The position numbers and the translations under genes were made by a program. The notes under the pieces were generated by a model. The model saw only the letters and a list, made by a program, of their open reading frames with translations. It did no database searches and was not told the DNA's origin. DNA of 64,000 bases from Eledone cirrhosa (lineage: Eukaryota). The DNA is taken from the NCBI GenBank assembly GCA_964016885.1, contig OZ024746.1:43338001-43402000 (forward strand), given 5' to 3'. Numbering within the stretch: the first letter of the stretch is position 1; each line of letters starts with the position of its first letter. This document shows, piece by piece, positions 53,643 through 64,000 of the stretch.

Positions 53643-54518
53643 ATATCCAAAATTAAGATAAATCAAAATGAATTTAATCTAAATCAAAATTATGGGTGTC
53701 CTGCCAGAAAGGCATGCACCATATCACCCCTAAAATAAGCTCCAAGATTCTAATGAATAAGTCCGAGCATTTTATACCAACTAGAAATTGAAGATTAATC
53801 AGGGAAGATTAATCATATAAGGTATCTATTTTCGAAGTTATAGTTAACTTTATTTAGTTACCTACCTAGCTATGTGTGCTTACACACTTGTAAAAATTAT
53901 CTCCTGTGATTATTCATGTTTATTTATATGTTAATCAATTTCTAGTTGTTCTAAAATGCTCGGACCTATTCATTAGAATCTTGGAGCTTAATTTGCGGGT
54001 GATATGGCGCATGTCTTTCTGGCATGACACCCATAATTTTGATTTAGATTAAATTCATTTTGATTTATCTTAATTTTGGATATAGATATATAAATACGGC
54101 TCCTTAATTGTAGAGCTAACTCTGTTGAAAGGACTTGACTGCTGTTTCTAGTTGTCGATAACCCTATTCACGCCACTGCGATTAAGCTGGTGTGATGTGT
54201 GTATTTCTAGTAGATACAGCACGTGTTACTGACCAGTCGCTGATTTGAACTTGATGCGTAAACATAGATCGCTGGACCTCTTCCTTGTTGAAAATCCAAG
54301 TATACACTTCCGTGGTTTACCATCCGATTAATTGGTGAAATATATTTTTTTAATGGAATATATACAGGGAAGATTAATCATATTATAAGGTATCTATTTT
54401 TGAAGTTCTGGTTAACTTTATTTAGTTACCTACCTAGCTATGTGTGCTTACACACTTGTAAAAATTATCTCCTGTGATTATTCATGTTTATTTATATGTT
54501 AATCAATTTCTAGTTGTT
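53643..54518. repeat. Combined inverted (~145 bp) and direct (~155 bp) duplication
   Basis: 53643-53790 is the reverse complement of 53935-54084; 53799-53950 repeats directly at 54365-54518. Confidence 0.9.
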
Positions 54519-54528
54519 ATATATATAT

Positions 54529-54570
<42 letters not shown>

Positions 54571-54744
54571 ATATATATATATATATACACACATACATAT
54601 ATATATATATATATACACACATACATATATATATATACACACATACATATATATATATACACACATACATATATATATATATACACATATATATATATAT
54701 ATATACACACATACATATATTTATATACACACATACCTAATGAT

Positions 54745-55134
54745 CATCCTCATCATTTTACGTCCGCTTTTCCCTGATTCTGGCTTGATTTCTACAGCTG
54801 GATGCCCTCCCTAACACCAACCTCATTTACAGTGAGTGGTGGGTGCGTTTTTGCCGTGGCTCCTCCACGACCACTTTGCAGTGGAATGATAGGGACCCCA
54901 GTCCTCTCATTTCTACAGCTGAGTAAACTGGAGCAATGTGAAATAAAGTGTCTTGCTCAAGGAAACAACACATCACCCGGTCTGAAAATTGAACTCACAA
55001 CCTTTCGATTGTGCCTCCATATATATATATATATATACATACATATATATATACACATACATACATATATATATATATATATACACATACATACATATAT
55101 ATATATATATACACATACATACATACATATATAC

Positions 55135-55182
<48 letters not shown>

Positions 55183-55570
55183 TCATCATCATTTTACGTC
55201 TGCTTTTCCCTGCTTGCAAGGGTGGGACAGGATCTGATTCTGGCTTGATTTCTACAGCTGGATGTCCTTCCTAACACCAACCTCATTTACAGTGAGTGAT
55301 GGGTGTTATTTTGCTGTGGCACCTCCACGACCACTTTGCAGTGGAATGATATGGACCCCAGTCCCTATCATCTCATTTCTACAGCTGAGTAAACTGGAGC
55401 AATGTGAAATAAAGTGTCTTGCTCAAGGAAACAACACATCACCCGGTCTGAAAATTGAACTCACAACCTTTCGATTGTGCCTCCATATATATATATATAT
55501 ACATACATACATATATACACATACATACATATATATATATATATACACATACATACATACATATATACAC

Positions 55571-55648
<78 letters not shown>

Positions 55649-55981
55649 TCATCATCATTTTACGTCTGCTTTTCCCTGCTTGCAAGGGTGGGACAGGATC
55701 TGATTCTGGCTTGATTTCTACAGCTGGATGTCCTTCCTAACACCAACCTCATTTACAGTGAGTGATGGGTGTTATTTTGCTGTGGCACCTCCACGACCAC
55801 TTTGCAGTGGAATGATATGGACCCCAGTCCCTATCATCTCATTTCTACAGCTGAGTAAACTGGAGCAATGTGAAATAAAGTGTCTTGCTCAAGGAAACAA
55901 CACATACCCAGTCTGAGAATTGAACTCACAACCTTTCGATTGCAAGGCCAATGCTTTAACCACTTAGCCATGTGCTTCCAT
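54745..55981 (-). mobile_element. Tandem array of three SINE A copies separated by microsatellite (period ~460-466 bp)
   Basis: Copies at ~54745-55020, 55180-55486 and 55646-55981. Confidence 0.92.
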
Positions 55982-56007
55982 ATACACACACATATATCTA
56001 TATATAT

Positions 56008-56038
<31 letters not shown>

Positions 56039-56893
56039 CAGATACTTATATTCATATATATATGCACACATATATATATATATATATTCACATACATACA
56101 TATATACACATACATACATACATACATACATACATAGATACATACATAGATACATATGTACATAAGCATTCAAATATTGCTCAATATGTGATGTGTAACT
56201 GATTAGTGCCAAGAAAACACCAACTGAGTATCAATATTTATTTTTTGATTAGTGCCATTTAATACGATGACTTCAATGCTGTACAATCTATGAGTAGAGT
56301 ATTTATCTCAACACATCTTCTGTGGAAAAAAGTCTGTAAAATATGATGTGGCTACAGTTAACTGTCAATTATGTCAATTTTGGAAGAACATATAAAAGTA
56401 GATGAAATAAATATATATTGTGAGTGAATGAAAAAATTATATATAGGGATATAATGGTAAGGAAGAAGGTCGAGTTACAGAAGAGGTACTGATTCCTTTA
56501 CTTATTATTTCTTTGCCAATGTGTAATCTTATATGGATCTGATTTTTTTCTCCTCTGACTTGGCCTCCTATTTCATTACTATATCACTACATATATTTTT
56601 TCAGAGTAACACATTTAATCACATTATTTATTTATTATATCATACGTTATTTGAACAAATATTATATGTTCTTACAAACTCAACATAATTGCTTGTTGCA
56701 TGTAACCATGTATTCTTTTACAGACATTTTTGCAATAAAAATATGTGGAGATAAATACACTAGTCATATATTGTGCAACATTGAAACGATCATATGGAAT
56801 AGCACTAATAACTAGATACTCTCTTTCTCCTTCTCTCTCTGTATCATCATCTTCGTTTAACGTCCATCTTCCATGCTAGCATGGGTTAGACAC

Positions 56894-56924
<31 letters not shown>

Positions 56925-59900
56925 AATTTATATATATACATACACAGGACAATATTGAAAGTTACTTAAGCAGTGAAATTATTTTCTGTTTTCAACAAAC
57001 TGTGAAAATGGTATATTTGAGGAGATATATATATATATATATATGTATATCAGACACATGCATATAATATAAACAAACATACTTAGACACACACATAACT
57101 AGTATCTTGCTCAAGAACAAACGGCCCTGTCCGGAAATTGAACTCACAACCTCACAATTGTAAGCCCAACACTCTAATCACTGCATGTATGTATACATAT
57201 GAAGTAAAACAAAAATTGAAAGAAATTTAGATCGGTTTATCTTTCATTACATTTCCAACAATTAAAATTACAGCTTAAGATACACTACCATAGAAAAATG
57301 GACATAAAACAACGAAGAGAGTGACATCAAACTGACTGTTAGATTATGTTGTCAAACATTATACACTGACAACCCCTTTATAAGATGGTATGTCAGAAAT
57401 ATTACCATTCTTAAAATTATCAAGAACCATTTATGTAAATCTCAAATAGGTAGAGATTTATTTTAAAGCAATTGATATTAACAGTAACAATGCTCCATTA
57501 AATTAACTGAAAACAAGCTTTTCTAATGCAAGCTTTATCTGTGTATATTATGTTTATATATTATATTGAAAGTTTATTTATTTTACTAAATTCTTTTTTA
57601 TTTTTTAGAAGACAAGGAGTAGCACATGACTTCAAGAGTGGTGAGGGGAAGTCATCTTCAGGGTAAAATCTGGTCCAAAAGCTGCAACAGCATATATTTT
57701 GCTAAAGTCACCAATAGGATTGCCCATAGTGCCTGTCAGCTACATTTTGCCCACAAATCTTTTGAGAGCTGAGGCTATGGTAGAAAGCTCTTGACTTTTT
57801 TAGGTTTGCCTTTTTTAATACAAATATTTTGTAGATGTGTAAGTATCAAGGTGAAGCCAAATATCCAAAATTAAATACCGAAAGTAATTGTTGCTTATTT
57901 TGCAGGCATTAAGATGATGGCTAAATACCTTCCAGTTGTTGCATTCACCAACTTATATACAACTGTTGTGAGAAAACCAATAGAGATTTAATATGTCATA
58001 AGATTTGGATGTAGGAGGATTCAAATAAATATACTTCAGAGAATAGTAGAAGTCTTATATTTAGCAATTACAGATGGATCAGAGGTGAAGTATTTTCTCT
58101 CCAAATAGTAATTAATGCAGAGCATGTGGAACTATGAATAGTTAGGCTGACTTGAATTGGAAAATGGATAGATAGTGAAAGGTTATGTGGTTGGAAAATT
58201 TTAGGGTAGATGCCTTTATTAAGCAGGTTGATTAAGCAAGAAAATCAGTTGGGATTAGAATGGTGATAGCTGGGTAAAGCTTGGGTTTAGAATTCAGAAA
58301 AGGGTCAAGAGAATTTTTAGAATAAGCAAGGATATTAACTGTTGCAAGCAACAGAATAACAAAAGATTTGGCTTCTGTATCAGTGCTGTTAGAATGTAAG
58401 AGCCAAGAAGAATTATGAGATTTTAAAGTTACTGGGGATTATGATTTCAGATAGAGGTGAGTTGACATAGATGACTTTAATACAGAATGAAATATATTTA
58501 AACAAATGGAGATGATTGAAGGACTTGAGAGAGTGGATGAGTGATAAGGGAAATAAAGAAGAAATGCCTTGAACTTCAATTACAGAGTCTTTTTCTTGCT
58601 GTTAATCAAATTAGTCAGGTGAATAATGCAGAGAGCAGATTTTGCCTAAATGAAGAATTTCTTTTTCAGAAAGAAATTAGAATACAGATTCTAGACATCA
58701 AAATAGTTTACTGAGATTTCTGGTTTGTGAATTAGTAGGAAATGTGTGCAGGATTAAGTTTGAACTAATGTCCATGGCTATTAGAATAAAAGTGGGATAT
58801 TTGGTCCAACAAATGAATGCTGTCCTTTTACATTAGTTTTAAAAAAACGAATGATAATATTTTAGCTAGCAACATTTAATTTATTGTAAACCTTGTTTGG
58901 AATATTGTTTCTAAAACCAATATCATTAAAGTTTTAGCTGAAAAACAAACAAACATACATTGTTATTTAAGTACAGATAGTAAACATTCAATACATTACT
59001 TTTATTCATGATCTTAATTTGATAAACAATTGTTTAATCTTTAATGATTAATGTATATGTTTCAATTATTGAACATTTTCACTTTCATTAATATCAATTC
59101 TATTAGATTTAGATCTATGTTTTACTTTTTCAATACAATAATTCAACATCACCCATTATTGTGATTTGTTGCGATTTCAAAGAGGTGGTGGAAATAGTTT
59201 CTTAGCTGAATATTTTTGAGTATGTACTCCATTAGTGCCCTAAAACAGAGACTGATCTATAATTTGCTCCTTTAAAAAAGCAGAAAGCAAATTTGACTTA
59301 GTTGGATATTTCAATATCAGGTCAATTAAATGGTTAGATTAAAATCATAATTGAATGAATGAAAAATTTATTTTCTTTTTCACATTGGTTGTGTATGTCA
59401 GTAAATAACCATGCCAGCTTCTTATCTGCACCAAGCATAAGCATATAAAATGTTTTCTATTTATTGTATAGCCACCGTTAATAATTATCAACAATATAAT
59501 TGCTTGATTAAAGTTAGTACCAATTAGTTATTTAAAAATTTATTTTTATATAGATTTTGAGTTGTATAATCATTTCTGGATTAAATACTACTTTACAATA
59601 GTTTCACTTGCTAATTACTCTCCCATATTAGAGTTGTTTCACAGAATTACACCAGTGCACACCAAAGAACATCCTTGTGCTAATTATGGCTCTGACAGAT
59701 TAAGCTGACTTTACATTACTGGATCCATAATTATTTGTGGGACCGGTTTAACTATTAAACAAAATGAGCACATGATTAGGACATCAAGGGGCACTGTTTT
59801 ATTCAAATTAAATATATTTATCTTTCAAAGACTTTATATATGGGAGGCTCCTTAATCTTAAGTGATTAAGGCTGCAAAAAGACAAGCCAGCCTTTGTTAT

Positions 59901-60046
59901 TTGAATCCTAAAATTACTCTGCTATGGAATTCTACTATGTCTGTTTTGAATCAGCAATGACTGAATAAAATTCTATTCTTTTACAGTCCCGAAACCTCTG
60001 AACTATTTTAACACAAATTATATAATACATTTCTTTTATTCTACCC

Positions 60047-60252
60047 CAAGTTTCCCAAAGTGGGTTCCAAATAGTTTTATAATATAAAATGTCTTTTAAT
60101 AAATTTAATAAACATACATATGTTTGTTTTCTCTGAAAATATTCTATCTTTAATATGAATTTAGTTTCATTCAATATCTTACTAAAATAAGTTGGAGGTG
60201 ATAGTCTGTAAAATATAGATAGGGGTTCCATGACAAAGTTTGGGAACCACTG
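60047..60252. mobile_element. hAT-type MITE, degenerate
   Basis: Right end reverse-complements to cagtggttcccaaact (hAT-like TIR); decayed left end caagtttcccaaagt. Confidence 0.55.
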
Positions 60253-63200
60253 TTGTAATCAATCATTTGAACCATTGAACAATTGATCAGTACATAGAAG
60301 AGAATAAGAATTACATTTACTGATTGAAAATATATCTATGTACTGAATTGGTAAATTCCTAGAAAACAAAATTTCAAATAAAGTCTCAGAACAAGTAAAA
60401 TTTAGGAGAAGGTAGTTTGTTAAATTTAAAAGAGTTTTCTTGTAAGTGTTCATTACAATATAAACAGAGTAGCTGATAAAACTTAATATTAAACAAATAG
60501 TGTTTGTTTTTAATTGTAAAATAAAATAAGAAGCAGAATCAAGATCTAAATTTATGTAAAAAAAAATATAGGAATTGTAAAATAGAAATAATCAAATAAA
60601 ATTTGAATAATTATATACAACCTTTATAAAAATAATGGTAGGGTAGCAGGGATAATTTGTTAATGATGATTATTATGGTAGTGATGGTGGTGACAATGAT
60701 GATGGTGATGTTTACAAGGTTGATGTGGGGGAGAAGATGGGGAAATGAAAACAAGAATAGATAAGGATAAGGAGAAAGAGGAAAGAAGGATAATGAGCAA
60801 ACAAATGTGGATGAAAATCCTTAAATTATATATTATTTAAAGGGGAATATGTAAAATTATATTTTGTAAATTAATTTGAGAAGCAGAAGCAATGGCTGTT
60901 GGCTATTTTAATGCCATCTAGATTATGGGATAGAAATTCAATTAAATTATCAACACAACAAATTGATATTAGCGAAGTGAAAATATGATTTCAAGTTTTT
61001 CACAGGAAATATATTACAAATTCTTTTGGAGCTTTCATTTATATCTTCAGACACAAAATATGTAAATAAATTTTTCAAAGTGAAAACTGCTTTTATCTTT
61101 TTAGCTATTGACACAATTAAATAGTATGAAATATTTTTCAATTAGTGACATTATACATGTAATTCAATTAGTCTAGCTATTGGTGTGGGAGTTACACAAA
61201 ATCGATTTCAATAGCATATTAATATTGAATAGGCAATCAAAGCTACTATAGTTAAACAAATCTATATTTTAAAACTTAATTTTCTATATATAAGATTAGT
61301 AAAAGAAAAAAAAGAAAAGTAAGCAAAAATCAGATTCACCACTTCACCCTACTAAATAAATGTGATTCAATGCTCCTACCCGTACCAAACTTTTCAATTT
61401 TTATGTCTACCAGTTGTCTATCACAGTTTTGGAAACACACTACTGTGTGCCCCACCCTCTAAGAAGGACAACCTTCTTGACTAAAAACTTGACTATTTTT
61501 ACTTTCAGCATCTCAAAAAATAATAAAAATAGTTGTAATCAATCATATCCTTAAAGACTGACTCTTTCATCCTCTAATCTCCAAGTCAATCAAGATAGTT
61601 TCTATTAGAATTGTGCTCTCCTATGTATGCCATTGACAAGTGATCTCAAACACTTAATATCAACAAAGCGTTTACATGTATCTTGCAGGGGGACACCCTA
61701 GGCAATTTGTCCATCCATGGGATTCTTATGTTTCTCATCTGTTGGAGAAGAAAGTTTTGAATCAAATAGCTACATTGCAATTTGTGTTGACAGATATTTC
61801 TTCTGTATTACACACACTTTCAACTTCTAGTTCAGAGACCTGTTGCTTCTTTTCTCAGCATCTTCTACTCCTATTACAATGATCTTTCTTCTTCTGAACC
61901 AGCCTGCTGCATATCACATCACCCAGGCACATACAGTACACCTATCTCTCCTATTTATAATTCTAAGCACTGTTCCAAAATGTATTCATTGCACAGATAC
62001 CCACTTGAAATTTCTCCTCCACCAACACTTTACTTTCAAACACCAACTTATTGATGTTCAAATGAATGACAATGGCATTGATTTTATCCAAACATGGGTA
62101 GTACTCCACCTCTTGTGAGTAGGCACTAAAAATATTGAATTTGAATATATCATACAGCTTAGCATAAACTACATGTTAGTTTAAATATTTATCACTATTA
62201 GTATAAGCTAAAATATACATAATGATATGAAAAATATGTAGCTTAGTTAAAGACATTAAAATATGTTATCATCACTCATTATAAAATCTAATACTTTTGT
62301 GGAAATCAGATAACAGCTGAAAAACTGTTAAAGCAAGATAAAAGCTTAATATTCTCATTTCCATATGATAAATTATAAGTTATATAAATTTTAACTTATA
62401 TAAAATATAATATAATCATATTTTATTCTTGAGTTTGAAATGTTTAATGACCATGTGAAGAGAAGAATAAATCATTTTAGAATAGGATTAGATTAATATT
62501 TCTTCCATCATTCTACAGCATATTACCTTCTATAAATTGATGTGGCACAAAATCATATTGAACATAAAAAATAAAAAGATCTTTATTAGCTTAAAGAGTT
62601 ATATGTTATTTCAAAAAAGAAAAGTTTTCTCTGCACATAAATAAGCCTAAGATATTTGGCATTTTTAGATTCTGACTCTACCCAGTTTCTAAGGATTCAA
62701 CAGTTATTGTCTGAGTATGATAGTATCATACTCCAACACATCATATTTATCCTGTACCACAATTTGCTATCAACAGTTATTTTCTGAGTACAATATATAC
62801 TCCAGCATATATTTGTCTCATACCACAATTCACTATTAATAACAATGAAAGAATTAAAAATAGTTTATCTATATCTGCTGTAATTTATCAAAATATAATA
62901 TTAATTGGGTTTCTCTTTCTTTAGTAAGGCTATGTTTCTTATATAGGAGCTATAGTAATTTCAAAGTAAAAATAAATTATATAAAAAGTTCTAGCATTGT
63001 TCAAAATAGATATTTATATAACATATCTATTATAATATTTCTTTTAAAACCATAGACAATTAATAAATTAATAGAATGGACAAGATAACGATTAATAAAT
63101 CTCATTTTAATAGTGCATAATTTGGCTAGCTGTGAACTATGCCAGTTAGTTTGCTTTGCTTTTATTTCATTGATTTACTGTTGACAAGTTGGCTTAGTGG

Positions 63201-64000
63201 GTATAAAACAACCCACTATTTTCAATTGAGGAAATCATTATTTTAGCTGCATAAAAAGGCAACAAAAATAGACATTATATAAAATCCTTAAAACTTCCAG
63301 ACTATTTGTAATATTCTTTTATAGTTATAACATAATTCACTGGTAATAAATACAAATTTTGAAAATACTAAATTCTATTTTTAATAGACATCAAAGCAGG
63401 TAATAAAAGATTTTGAGAACTTACTTTTTATCTTAACTTTCAAAAGGGAATGAATTAGTGGTTTGGACAGACATATAAATATCAAATAGATGGAAAATGT
63501 TGTAAGAATGATTACAGTAATATGAAGATTTAAAATACTGATGGGAATTAGAAAGAATAGCGTTCCACAGTGCATCACTGTTTGATGGGAATTTAAGGAG
63601 AATGATGAAGTAAAACTAAAAGAAAAAAGTTTTCAGGATATGGTAAAAAATAGTTAATAATATGGCATGAAGCGTGAATAAGGTAATTAAATGAGGAGTG
63701 CTTTTAAATGAGAATTTGGCTGAGTTGTACAGGATTTTTGCTGAGTGAAATTAGTAACATTTTATTTTAAACATTTCGTGCCAATAAATTCAATGTAGGT
63801 GGTGGCTGTCATTTTGTGTGTGTGTGTGAGGGGTGTGGATGCATCCACAGCTGAAAGGAAAAAATTATTGAAATATTGTAAATTATGAGTAAATTACAAT
63901 TTTCAACCTCTAATATCCAAGACATTAAGGAGAGCTGGGCCACTGACAATAAATTTGTTGTCATTTGTGGCAACTCATCTTATTAAGTATTTGGTAAAGG

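Noticed and set aside
57600-58750. Purine-skewed region that may be an ancient LINE (also 31690-31900 and 61340-62120)
   Set aside because: Too decayed to recover diagnostic motifs by eye
62697-62836. Small local duplications (also 931-981, 26185-26225, 48799-48855) and a 16-bp palindrome at 63834-63849
   Set aside because: Ordinary slippage-type duplications or short palindromes with no further structure

Overview
AT-rich eukaryotic non-coding DNA, full of (TA)n/(CA)n/(TACA)n microsatellites and transposable elements. The SINE families and repeat texture suggest an octopus or other cephalopod genome (inference). I could not identify any host gene exon, RNA gene or CRISPR array, and most ORFs in the track are microsatellite artefacts. 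Main elements: several copies of an RTE-clade LINE with a C4HC3 PHD finger inside its reverse transcriptase (1585-3007 minus, 23660-25822 plus, plus decayed pieces); a 5'-truncated, degenerate Helitron with an intact hairpin-CTAG 3' end (8764-12140 minus); an internally deleted piggyBac with TTAA TSD and TIRs (29751-31219); a maT/DD37D-type Tc1/mariner with TA TSD (36629-37810); and a young 5'-truncated R4/Dong-like retrotransposon with an open CCHC plus restriction-like endonuclease ORF, sitting in a TA microsatellite (50626-52007). There are also two abundant tRNA-derived SINE families (one shares the RTE 3' tail), several MITEs, palindromes and local duplications. The most notable signals are the PHD-in-RT LINE with its partner SINE and the apparent targeting of microsatellites by several element families.
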